Assembly (NCBI GenBank): GCA_963712115.1
Contig: CAVQGX010000017.1
Span: 11,259 to 75,258, forward strand
Reading direction: 5' to 3'
DNA from: an uncultured delta proteobacterium
GTDB taxonomy: Bacteria; Desulfobacterota; Syntrophobacteria; BM002
DNA length: 64,000 nucleotides
The first letter of the stretch is position 1. Each line of letters opens with the position of its first letter. Below, in pieces: positions 21,463-30,363 of this stretch. The position numbers and the translations under genes were made by a program. The notes beneath the pieces are model-generated. The model did not search any database. It was not told where the DNA came from and was given only the letters and a program-made list of their open reading frames with translations.

Positions 21463-21674
21463 TGGAATGATGGAACCAATATTCCACTATTTCTTTCGGG
21501 TCTGAGGCCAACTGAGACAAAATCCCTGAGTTTCTCTTTTTTGTAGTAAGCCATAGTAATATTAGATAAAATGGAGTTGATAACTAAAACTATTGTTTTT
21601 AGGCACGGTCGGCTGCCGCGCCCTGATGTAGTTACGGATCCGCTTGAGTTGTGACCCGGTAGAAAGGCAAGAGG

Positions 21675-22613
21675 ATGACGATCCCCCACTGGCTCATCGT
21701 CCGGCTCAAAAACCAGTATCCTATGCTCCACTATCTGACTGAGCGCACCTTCGGAGTGGAGATCGAGTTTTACGGCTTGGAATACGTCCTCACTCCACCA
21801 GATGCGGGAATTATCAAACCTTACAACATCTACTCCAAAGCCAGAGATGGGAGAAGTTTCTCCCAGCTCTACCGGCAATCCAAGATTAACCTTGGTACCG
21901 ATAGGAATTCTTGGCACTTCGAGGAAGACACCTCGGTTAGAGGCAGGCTTCGCACCCGCTACGGCGCCGAACTCATTAGTCCAATACTTACCGGTATCGA
22001 AGGTCTGGTACAAATTTATCAAGCTTTTATGTTTTTGAATGAACTTGAAGGAGTGGATATTGACGAGAGTTGCGGTTTCCACGTTCATCACGGAGTCGAT
22101 TCCGGGGTGTACTCCTGTGAACAGCTCAAAAAGTTAGTGAGGATCGTCCACCCCATGGAAAAGCTCTTTTACCTTTTAATCCCGGGAGAACGACAAAACC
22201 GCACGACTTGTCGTCCCATGGAAATTGATGTCAAAGCATTTTTGCAGGAATGTGATCCCGTGTGTGGCCCAAACAACTGCCGCTTAAAGAGACTATGGTA
22301 CTCGTCTGAAAACCGCTATGATCCTGAGCAAGCCAAACAGCCCCGCTATGACAAGACTCGCTATCACGGTCTGAATCTGCACTCATATTGGTTTCGCTCC
22401 ACCATCGAATTTCGCTACCACTCAGCTGTGCTCCACCACATTGACGAAGCCATGCAATGGATCATCTTCAGCCAGTTTCTTGTTGAGATGAGTCAAGGAA
22501 ACATACCGGCAATCAACTTTCATGCCGATGGTAACAAATGGCTGCAGGCTCTCTACGTGATCTACCACGATCTGGGCTATTCTTACCTCATCAAAAATAT
22601 GTCTTCTAATTGA
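21675..22613 (+). CDS. Putative amidoligase (COOH-NH2 ligase, Amidoligase_2-like)
   Basis: RTFGVEIEF, DTSV, ELISPIL, CGFHVH, RYHGLNL, TIEFR motifs. Confidence 0.85.
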   Translation: MTIPHWLIVRLKNQYPMLHYLTERTFGVEIEFYGLEYVLTPPDAGIIKPYNIYSKARDGRSFSQLYRQSKINLGTDRNSWHFEEDTSVRGRLRTRYGAELISPILTGIEGLVQIYQAFMFLNELEGVDIDESCGFHVHHGVDSGVYSCEQLKKLVRIVHPMEKLFYLLIPGERQNRTTCRPMEIDVKAFLQECDPVCGPNNCRLKRLWYSSENRYDPEQAKQPRYDKTRYHGLNLHSYWFRSTIEFRYHSAVLHHIDEAMQWIIFSQFLVEMSQGNIPAINFHADGNKWLQALYVIYHDLGYSYLIKNMSSN

Positions 22614-22753
22614 ACGAAGCGAAATTTCTTCTGCCACCTTGTGATTCACCTGCCCAACTCCCGCTAGCAGTCGACCTGGTGTTCGAGGGTAAAGCACTAA
22701 AGCCAGGCAAAGCTTATTACCTCAACATTTATTTAATTTCAGTGGAGATTAAC

Positions 22754-23494
22754 ATGTGTGACATTTTTGCTCTCTCGGCAGGCCATAACTACACCGCCAA
22801 AGATTATCTTCCTGTTTTCGCCGAAAAGGCCAAACAGAATATGAATGGCTGGGGTATTGGATTTTTTCGAAATGGAAGTGCCTTGGTGGAAAAATCATCC
22901 GAGCAAGTCATGATTGGTGATCAAGTGCACGAGGGCTTCCAGCGATTGGCCCGGGTTATTGACAGCCGGATTATCGTCTCTCACATAAGCTGTCCTTTGA
23001 GCGGCGGTAGCCATAGTGCTCACAACAATCCTTTCTCCCTGTCTTTTTTGGACCACACCTGGCTCTTTGTTAATGTCGGTAAACACCACGACATCGAACA
23101 ATACCAGACTATCAATGAGCCCCGTCTGGAGCCTGAGGTCAACGCTGCTAGGATCTTTGAGTATCTCAGGGATCATTTGGTAATTCGGATGAATAGTTAC
23201 CCCTATGGGAGTCTTTACGGGGCTCTCCGCGATGTCATCCGTGAGCTCTTATCAGACTACCCCGGCTTTTACACCTTTTTCCTGGCCAATGAATCAGTGC
23301 TCTTTGGATTTTCCAATTTCCGGCGACTTCTTTTGATTAAAAAGACCGAGACCATTGGAGATATCCTGATTGTCACCTCCGTTAAAGAACGGATCAGTCC
23401 AGGGGGATGGGTTCCCATCAAGCCTGGTAAAAATTCACTGGGCAAGCTAATGGTTATCGCCGGTCCGGATGTTTTGTATTTAGGCGACATATAA
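22754..23494 (+). CDS. Class II glutamine amidotransferase-like protein, divergent copy
   Basis: N-terminal Met-Cys and NGWGIGF; paralog of the next gene; GGAG before ATG 22754. Confidence 0.8.
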   Translation: MCDIFALSAGHNYTAKDYLPVFAEKAKQNMNGWGIGFFRNGSALVEKSSEQVMIGDQVHEGFQRLARVIDSRIIVSHISCPLSGGSHSAHNNPFSLSFLDHTWLFVNVGKHHDIEQYQTINEPRLEPEVNAARIFEYLRDHLVIRMNSYPYGSLYGALRDVIRELLSDYPGFYTFFLANESVLFGFSNFRRLLLIKKTETIGDILIVTSVKERISPGGWVPIKPGKNSLGKLMVIAGPDVLYLGDI

Positions 23495-23497
23495 AAG

Positions 23498-23582
23498 ACG
23501 CTAAGCGCATAGCGTCCTCTCATCATAGGGATCCTACGCTATGCGCCTCGCTCTCTGCGCTTTGCGGCAAACGAAGTGAGCC
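23498..23582. repeat. Inverted gcgcata/tatgcgc array ending at the next start codon
   Basis: acgctaagcgcatagcgt...acgctatgcgcctcgctctctgcgctttgc...aagtgagcc. Confidence 0.7.
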
Positions 23583-23583
23583 A

Positions 23584-24330
23584 ATGTGCGATTTATTTGT
23601 TTTCTCGGCAGGAAAAGATTATTCCGCCCCTAAGTCTTTGCCCCTTTTCGCCAAACAAGCCAGCAAAAACATGGATGGCTGGGGCATAGGGTACTTCAAG
23701 AAATATAAAGCTTTTGTGGAAAAATCGGCAGACAGGGCATACTTGGCCGGACGGGTTCACGACGGCTTTCAGAGGCTTGCTCGGGTGGTAAACAGTAGGA
23801 TCATCCTCTGTCATGTTCGTCTTCAAACCAGCGGTCCGGTGGATGAGTGTCACGCCCATCCCTTCGTCCTCGAATTCGGCGGCCATAATTGGCTTTTTGC
23901 CCATAACGGAAAAGCTCCCGAGGTCGAGAACTACCGCACTATGGGCCCTCCCATCGAGGGTGCTCAAAGTGATTCAGCCAGAGCTTTCGAGTATTTGCGG
24001 GACCGGATAACCTCCCATTTTCAAAGCCCCCCTAAGCCCTTGCCCGCTTTATTCGAGGCTTTACACCACAGTACGGCACAACTTTTAGAAGATTATCCAG
24101 GCAACTATAACTATCTGTTAACCAACGGCTGGGTTCTCTTTGCCTTCACCAATCATCGCCAGTTTATGATTTTGAAAAGAAGCAGGAAATTGGAAGGCGG
24201 TCTAATGCTTACCACCCTGGAGCGTGGCCTTAGTGATGAGAACTGGATGAGGCTAGCGAAAAGCACCAACAGACAAGGACTACTTCTGATGATCTCGGGA
24301 ACAGATATAATCTACCGGGAATCACTTTAG
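23584..24330 (+). CDS. Class II glutamine amidotransferase (YafJ/EgtC/Dug3-like)
   Basis: Met-Cys N-terminus, DGWGIG, HVR..TSG, HPF, FAHNG, DS. Confidence 0.88.
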   Translation: MCDLFVFSAGKDYSAPKSLPLFAKQASKNMDGWGIGYFKKYKAFVEKSADRAYLAGRVHDGFQRLARVVNSRIILCHVRLQTSGPVDECHAHPFVLEFGGHNWLFAHNGKAPEVENYRTMGPPIEGAQSDSARAFEYLRDRITSHFQSPPKPLPALFEALHHSTAQLLEDYPGNYNYLLTNGWVLFAFTNHRQFMILKRSRKLEGGLMLTTLERGLSDENWMRLAKSTNRQGLLLMISGTDIIYRESL

Positions 24331-24450
24331 TCACCTTTAATCACCTCTAATAAACAGCCAAATTCACCCTGTATGTAAGACACACCGACCAGCCATATTA
24401 CTTATCTTTCTTTCTATAAACTACTGACATAACGAGATTTATCAGAAATA

Positions 24451-24483
24451 TTACCCATTTCTTACCGTGTATAAAATGGGTAA
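24451..24483. other. 33-bp site TTACCCA-N19-TGGGTAA, copy 1
   Basis: ttacccatttcttaccgtgtataaaatgggtaa. Confidence 0.55.
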
Positions 24484-24486
24484 AAG

Positions 24487-25332
24487 TTACCAGAGGCGGC
24501 GGGCCAGGGGATGCTCCATCCTGGGGATTAGTTGAATGGCTTTATGCTCGCAATGACTCCGGCACACACCACAGCCGTAGCAGCGAAGCGGATCGATGAA
24601 GGCAATTTTGCGAGCCGCCACAAAACTTATGGCACCGAACTGACACGCCGAAAGGCAAGCTCGGCAACCACTGCAGATCTCCTCGGAGGTCTGGGCCAAG
24701 TACTCTCCTCGAAAAAAAAGATGAAAGCCGTAGCGATCACTCAGCAAAGCCAGGCAATCGGCCCGATCGCAGTTGCATAGGCCACCAATAAAGGGTGTTT
24801 TGAAAGTCCAGAGGGAGTGTATTAAGGACTCCTTTTCATAGGCCCGCAGCAATGCCAGTGCTTCATCTTTACTCATATATTCGAAGAGATCCACATCCGG
24901 CCCTGGACTAAAGGTCTCGAGGAAAGCTTCTTTTATGTCTAGAAGCTTTTCAGGATCAAGGCTAAGACCAAAACAGTAGCGCGCATTATTATTTCCGGTG
25001 CTATTTTTCCGGCAGATGCAGGGTAGTCTGACAATTGAGCCTGCCAGAGTCAAAACTTCCTCCAGATCTTCCAGAGGTACCACCTGGCCAAAATGGTCTC
25101 TTCGGTAGCGTCGCTCGTAAAACCAATAATAGAGTTGTCTTAACCATGATGGTGCTTTCAGCCCTAAGTGAAATTTCTTTTCCAGCTCAGCCACATGGCC
25201 GTTACCAATATCCAGGATGAAATCTTTGATGTATTGACGCCTCTGCAGATCAGCCAGAAGATCCTGGGAATAATGCTCTGCTTTGAGGTACCACTTTTTT
25301 CCTTCGCCATGCTGGTGACAGAACTGGCACAT
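24487..25332 (-). CDS. 4Fe-4S dicluster ferredoxin-domain protein
   Basis: C-terminal CSGCRACLSAC and CYGCGVCRSHC; additional CICR and CNC motifs. Confidence 0.85.
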   Translation of the reverse strand: MCQFCHQHGEGKKWYLKAEHYSQDLLADLQRRQYIKDFILDIGNGHVAELEKKFHLGLKAPSWLRQLYYWFYERRYRRDHFGQVVPLEDLEEVLTLAGSIVRLPCICRKNSTGNNNARYCFGLSLDPEKLLDIKEAFLETFSPGPDVDLFEYMSKDEALALLRAYEKESLIHSLWTFKTPFIGGLCNCDRADCLALLSDRYGFHLFFRGEYLAQTSEEICSGCRACLSACQFGAISFVAARKIAFIDPLRCYGCGVCRSHCEHKAIQLIPRMEHPLARRLW

Positions 25333-25400
25333 AAACTTTTAAAAACCTCTCGCCATGCTTTCAAACTGGGCCATAAACTCATCGAGCAAAACAACACCAC

Positions 25401-25433
25401 TTACCCAAATGTGGTCTAACCGCAAATGGGTAA
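25401..25433. other. 33-bp site TTACCCA-N19-TGGGTAA, copy 2
   Basis: ttacccaaatgtggtctaaccgcaaatgggtaa. Confidence 0.55.
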
Positions 25434-25445
25434 ATGATTCTGTGT

Positions 25446-26312
25446 TCATTCAAAGTACTCTACTGCGTTGCGGAAAATCTTTATGCCGTAGCCTTCCGGG
25501 GGATAGGGTTCGCCGCGGCGACGGTAGTGCTCCTTTAGGCGGGTCCAATCCGGGTGGTTGGTCCAGTGATTGAAAGCCTCGGGGTGCGGCATTATTCCGA
25601 ATACCCTCCCGGTAGAATCGCAGATGCCGGCGATATCTTTTAAGGAACCATTGGGATTTGCAGGAAAGCGGCCGTCGGCGGTCTTGCCCTCGCTGTCGGC
25701 ATAACGGACCACAACCTGATTGTTTTCCTCAAGATTCTTGATCACCGATTCCTCGGCGTAGAACTTGCCCTCCCCGTGGCGAACCGGTAACTCCAAATTT
25801 TCCAAGCCTCGGGTGAACACACATGGTGAATTTGTCTCAACTTTGAGGTGCACCCATTGGTCGCGAAAATTGCCGCAGTCGTTGCCGATGAGAGCCACCT
25901 TACGGGAGCGATAATCACCTTCAAAACCCGGCAGCAATCCCAGATTCACCATAGCCTGAAACCCATTACAAATGCCGATAACCAGATTTCCTTTTTCGAT
26001 AAACCTGAGTATCTCCTCGCCCATATTGTACAACAGCTTGCTGGCAAAAATTACCCCGGCACCGTGGTCGTCACCCCAGGAAAAACCGCCGATAAAGGCA
26101 AAAATCTGGTAGTCGTCCAAACGGGCAACCTCACCAATTTTTTCACCCATGAGAAGCTGGTTAATGTGGACTCTTCTGGCCTCGGCCCCAGCCAATTCAA
26201 GGGCATGAGTGGTCTCCCAATCGCAGTTCAAACCGAAGCCGGTCAGCACAAGTGCTTTAGGGGCACTGCGAATGCGGGAGGTGGAAGGTGCAATGTTCTT
26301 GTTTTTATCCAT
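25446..26312 (-). CDS. purQ: FGAM synthase glutaminase subunit
   Basis: GGFSWGD, GICNGFQ, HGEG, NPNGS, MPHPE. Confidence 0.95.
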   Translation of the reverse strand: MDKNKNIAPSTSRIRSAPKALVLTGFGLNCDWETTHALELAGAEARRVHINQLLMGEKIGEVARLDDYQIFAFIGGFSWGDDHGAGVIFASKLLYNMGEEILRFIEKGNLVIGICNGFQAMVNLGLLPGFEGDYRSRKVALIGNDCGNFRDQWVHLKVETNSPCVFTRGLENLELPVRHGEGKFYAEESVIKNLEENNQVVVRYADSEGKTADGRFPANPNGSLKDIAGICDSTGRVFGIMPHPEAFNHWTNHPDWTRLKEHYRRRGEPYPPEGYGIKIFRNAVEYFE

Positions 26313-26315
26313 AAC

Positions 26316-26630
26316 GTCCGTTGTCAGTCGTCCGTTGTCTGTTGTTGAAATCGTTAAAGCCTTTTAAATCGTTCAAATCGTAAGAGCTCAAGTAGTCAGT
26401 AGCCAGAATGGATTTGCCTTATCGGGCGGGGCTAAACCCCGCCCCTACAATTCTTAATTGTCAAAGCTCACTTTTCGCGTCTCGCTCGTCTCGCCAGTCT
26501 CGCAGTTCCCCTGTGCCTTGCGCCCTGCGCCTTGTGCCTCTGACTCTATGCCCTATGCTCTTTGCCTACTGGATTCTGACTCCTGGCTCCTGTCTCCTTA
26601 CTCTATGCTCCATGCTCTATGCCCTATGCG
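26316..26630. repeat. Composite repeat stack (gtccgtt, cgtctcg, tgcgccc, ctatgcc, ctcctgg families)
   Basis: Several adjacent 7-9-mer arrays between purL and purQ. Confidence 0.8.
26424..26448 (-). repeat. REP-like palindrome with 5' GTAG
   Basis: Minus strand reads GTAG GGGCGGGG TTTAG CCCCGCCC (stem shares one G). Confidence 0.65.
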
Positions 26631-26632
26631 GT

Positions 26633-29600
26633 TTATAGATTAGCGAAAGTCTTCTTCCAGGACTTTTTGAGTTGCTGGAGGTTAACAGTGAAAAGAACCT
26701 TACCAGCCAAGCCCCGAATTTTGAGTTTCTTTCCTCCAGTCACCCGGCCAAAACAAGCGCACGGCAAACCTTTGAATATCTCTTCAAATTGAGCTCTGTC
26801 TTCCGGCGCAACAGTGACAATAAATCGCCCTGCCGACTCGGAATAGAGTAAGATGTCATTTCGTTTGACTCCCTCCGCGGGAATCTTGGCCAGTTCCACT
26901 TCCAAACCAAGACCCCCAGCCATAGCCACCAAGGCCAAATGGACTCCTAGACCTCCGCGGTAGATGCCATGGGCTGAGGCAACCAGTTCGGCACCAATAG
27001 CTTCCTCTAAGGCCCGGTACAGAGGTAGTACCTCTTCAAGCCTCACCTGCGGCACCTTGAGTCCAGTATATCCGCATAAATCATAATACTCAGAGCCAGC
27101 CAACTCGTTTCGGATAAATCCCAGAGCGTAGAGCAAGTCACCTTCCATTTTAGCGTCCATGGTGATGCACCGTTGCACATCTTCAATGACACTAGTGGAG
27201 GTGAACTGAAGGGTCTCGAGGCCGGAGATCTTGTGCCTTTCACCGAAGTATCCCTCCAGGTTGCCATCAACATACATGCTGTCCTTACCGGAAAGTAGGG
27301 GTATACCAAAACCGAGACAGTAGTCTCTCAGGGCCCAGTTGGCTCTTACCAGCTGGGCCGCCTTCAGTTTGCCGTCGGGATTGCTCTCAGGATGATACTG
27401 AATGTTGGGCCAACAAAAATTGTCTACTCCTCCCAGGTGCTCTAGACTACCTCCCACGGCCAGTAGTCGTCTTACTGCCTCGTCTATGGTATAGGCAGCC
27501 ATGTGGTAAGCGTCAATACGAGAGTAGGTGGGGTTTAGCGCTTGGGCGGTGGCCAAACCCCTAAGCGAGTCGAGACGGGGGCGCAATACCACGGCATCGT
27601 TGGGCACGTCTCTCTCAACCCCCACCAGATGCTTGATCACACTTGTTCCTTGTACCTCGTGGTCATATTGTCGAACTATCCATTCTTTGGAGCAGATGTT
27701 CGGGCGGCTGAGCATGGTGAGAAGAATTCGCCTGTGATCCTCGGGAGGACCAAGGACTGGTTCCCTGAGTCCTCTATACTCCGGTGGCACCCATTCCGCT
27801 TCAAACTCCCATTGAGGGAAACCGGACTCGAGCAAGTCCAAATCCACGTAGGCGCAGGTTTTACCCTGGTAGGTGATGTGCAGCTTGCCGTTGTCTGTGT
27901 ATTGCCCCAAGACCGTGCTCTCAACCTCATGCTTCCGGGAAAGTTGCATGAAGCGCTCCAGATGCTCCGGTCTTATCGCCACGGTCATTCTTTCCTGGCT
28001 TTCAGACACCCAGATTTCCCAAAGGTCCAGTCCCTCATATTTCAGCGGTACCTTGTCCAACTCCACCAAGGCCCCCTGGGAAAATCTGGCCGACTCGCCT
28101 ATAGATGAAGAGAGCCCGCCGCCGCCGTTATCAGTAATGAAAGCAATCAATCCCTCATCCCGCGCTTCCAGAAGGAAATCATGCATCTTTTTCTGAGTGT
28201 AGGGATCGCCTATCTGAACATGGCCTGCAGGGGTATGCTCGCTATAAATCTCACTGGAGGCTGTCACCCCGTGGATACCATCTTTTCCTACCCGGCCGCC
28301 GCACATGACTAGCAAATCACCCGCTTTGGTTGTTTTTTCCTCGCACGGCGTACCTGAGACAGTGGCCGGCATCAGTCCCAGGGCAGTGACAAAAACCAGG
28401 CATTTTCCCATATAACCGTGATCGAAAAACACTTGGCCGTAAGGAGTAGGAATACCGCTTTTGTTACCTCCATCCCGCACTCCTTCAATGACCCCGTCCA
28501 GCAGCCGTCGGGGGTGGAGGTGGGGTTTGAGTGGGCCACCATAATCCCGGTAACCGACGCAATAACCGTAGGTGCCGGCAATCAGTTTTGAACCCTTGCC
28601 TGTTCCCATTGGGTCCCTATACACCCCCACGATACCGGTAAGGGCGCCACCGTATGCTTCCATGTTGGAGGGGCTGTTGTGGGTTTCTCCTGTAATCACA
28701 TAGTAGGTATCCTGGTCGAAGCGAGCCACTCCAGCATTGTCCCACAGCACAGAGACAACCCAACCCTTTCTTTCTTTCAGTTCCAGGGTGGGCGATTCAA
28801 TACAGGTTTTGAATAGGTTGTCTACCACTTCGGTCTCGCCTGTGACCAGATCCCGATAAAAAAACTTACCGCGAAAGGTATTGTGATTGCAGTGGTCGCT
28901 CCTCGCCTGGGAAATGTACTCCAGCTCCACATCAGTGGGATCAGCTAGGCCAACCTTGCGCCGGGCGGCACGTACCTCAGGTCGAAGGAAATAGGAACGA
29001 ATTACTGGAATGTCGTTGGGATGGAGGGCCAGATTGCGCTCCTGACTCAAACTCTTTAACTCCTCATCACTTGAGATGGAGAGGGTTGCCACCGAGGGCT
29101 CATGGGCGAGTCGAACCTTGGGCACGATGATGCCGATTCCTTCCTTGGCATTCCATTCTTCCCCAGAGTAGATTTTCCATTGCTGGATCAGGTCATTTGC
29201 CAGTAGCTCCCTAGCGATCCTCTCCACCAACCTGTAGCCTCTTTTGTCATTAGCCAACCTTTGTCCCCGAAGAAGATAGAGTCGAGAGGTGTATGCAGCC
29301 TCCCCGGGTTGGAACCTAATTTTGAAAAGATCTTCCATTGCTTCCACTGCAGTGCTTCCCTGGTTGTCTCGCACTCCAGGACGAAAACCAACCCAGATTG
29401 CCCAGTCAAAGTTAGTGGCCAGTGGCTCAAATGAAGATATCTGAGTGACCGGATTGGTAAAGATGCGGTGACGAGCTGATTCTAGCTGCTCCTCGGTAAG
29501 CTTGGCGTCTATGGTAAGGATGTGAATGGTGCGGACTTGGTCCAGATGAATATTAAAGTAGTCCCGCGCTTTACGCCTGATTGCCTCTCCTTCGGCATCA

Positions 29601-29641
29601 AAGAGCTCCACTTTGAGGGTGATCTCCAGACGGGCAACCAC
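26633..29641 (-). CDS. purL: FGAM synthase PurL with N-terminal extension (PurS-like)
   Basis: SDHCNH, ETHNSPS, GKDGIHG, DNGGGG, SESQERM, QYDHEV, SGKDSM. Confidence 0.95.
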   Translation of the reverse strand: MVARLEITLKVELFDAEGEAIRRKARDYFNIHLDQVRTIHILTIDAKLTEEQLESARHRIFTNPVTQISSFEPLATNFDWAIWVGFRPGVRDNQGSTAVEAMEDLFKIRFQPGEAAYTSRLYLLRGQRLANDKRGYRLVERIARELLANDLIQQWKIYSGEEWNAKEGIGIIVPKVRLAHEPSVATLSISSDEELKSLSQERNLALHPNDIPVIRSYFLRPEVRAARRKVGLADPTDVELEYISQARSDHCNHNTFRGKFFYRDLVTGETEVVDNLFKTCIESPTLELKERKGWVVSVLWDNAGVARFDQDTYYVITGETHNSPSNMEAYGGALTGIVGVYRDPMGTGKGSKLIAGTYGYCVGYRDYGGPLKPHLHPRRLLDGVIEGVRDGGNKSGIPTPYGQVFFDHGYMGKCLVFVTALGLMPATVSGTPCEEKTTKAGDLLVMCGGRVGKDGIHGVTASSEIYSEHTPAGHVQIGDPYTQKKMHDFLLEARDEGLIAFITDNGGGGLSSSIGESARFSQGALVELDKVPLKYEGLDLWEIWVSESQERMTVAIRPEHLERFMQLSRKHEVESTVLGQYTDNGKLHITYQGKTCAYVDLDLLESGFPQWEFEAEWVPPEYRGLREPVLGPPEDHRRILLTMLSRPNICSKEWIVRQYDHEVQGTSVIKHLVGVERDVPNDAVVLRPRLDSLRGLATAQALNPTYSRIDAYHMAAYTIDEAVRRLLAVGGSLEHLGGVDNFCWPNIQYHPESNPDGKLKAAQLVRANWALRDYCLGFGIPLLSGKDSMYVDGNLEGYFGERHKISGLETLQFTSTSVIEDVQRCITMDAKMEGDLLYALGFIRNELAGSEYYDLCGYTGLKVPQVRLEEVLPLYRALEEAIGAELVASAHGIYRGGLGVHLALVAMAGGLGLEVELAKIPAEGVKRNDILLYSESAGRFIVTVAPEDRAQFEEIFKGLPCACFGRVTGGKKLKIRGLAGKVLFTVNLQQLKKSWKKTFANL

Positions 29642-29681
29642 GAATAACTCGCTTTCTCTGACCAGGGTTCATAGGCCGGGC

Positions 29682-29866
29682 TAGCCCGGGTGTTTCAGGA
29701 ATTGCTGTCGCGAGACCGTGGAGATGGCTGTGCCACTGGGCAACCGCAGGGGGTTGGATCCCGAGGCGTACTTGAACAGTACGTCGCAGGGTCCAACACC
29801 CGAGGACGCCCGGAAGCACGGTCATATCCTCGGTCGCAGCAGGCAACTCGTGAAATATCCGGGCTA
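29682..29866 (+). mobile_element. 185-bp TA-ended rod-like hairpin (MITE-like or structured RNA)
   Basis: tagcccgggtgtttca...tgaaatatccgggcta; central GAGGCGTACTTGAACAGTACG. Confidence 0.65.
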
Positions 29867-29932
29867 AAGGAATTTGCGGCCAAAAGTAGCAGATTTTCCG
29901 AATAACAGTCAACCGAATAGTCTCTTACTAAC

Positions 29933-29979
29933 TTGACAGTAATTATTTATTATCTTAATATATGAGCATATATTCAGAC
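29933..29979 (+). promoter_or_regulatory. sigma70 promoter plus SmtB/ArsR-type operator
   Basis: TTGACA-17-TAATAT followed by imperfect palindrome atatgagcatatattcagac. Confidence 0.65.
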
Positions 29980-29996
29980 AATGATGGAGGTACATC

Positions 29997-30356
29997 TTGC
30001 CAAAACAAAGCAGCGACCTTTGCGATTGTCGCCTCATCCACCGGCAGGTGGTGGAAGAGGCTATTGCTTCATCTCTCGACCCCGATGAAATAGGGACCTT
30101 GGCCCAGATATTCAAGGCCTTGGCCGATGAAACCAGGTTGAAAATCCTTTGGGCTTTGGAAAAGCGAGAGATGTGCGTGTGTGATTTGGCCGCCATGCTT
30201 GGCTTGACCGAATCGGCGGTTAGCCATCAACTCCGTCTGCTCAGGAATCTGCAACTTGTCACCAATCGGCGCGATGGGGTGGTGCTCTACTATCGCCTTG
30301 CCGACAACCACGTGTCCCAGTTGATCAGAATCACTCTGGAGCACTTGCGGGATTGA
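29997..30356 (+). CDS. ArsR/SmtB-family metalloregulator
   Basis: FKALADETRLKI, EMCVCDLA, SAVSHQLRLLR, DNHV...EH. Confidence 0.93.
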   Translation: MPKQSSDLCDCRLIHRQVVEEAIASSLDPDEIGTLAQIFKALADETRLKILWALEKREMCVCDLAAMLGLTESAVSHQLRLLRNLQLVTNRRDGVVLYYRLADNHVSQLIRITLEHLRD

Positions 30357-30363
30357 TAAATTA

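Noticed and set aside
21459-22091. 210-aa antisense ORF
   Set aside because: It overlaps the motif-bearing amidoligase on the opposite strand and has no recognisable domain.
22610-22753. N-terminal 48-aa extension of the first GATase in the ORF track
   Set aside because: Ntn enzymes need Cys at position 2. A GGAG site precedes ATG 22754 and the paralog starts at the equivalent Met-Cys.
29682-29866. 6S RNA or a purine/ZMP riboswitch upstream of purL
   Set aside because: I could not recognise the conserved aptamer or 6S motifs. The favoured strand is antisense to purL, and the core is shared with a repeat at 31.7 kb.
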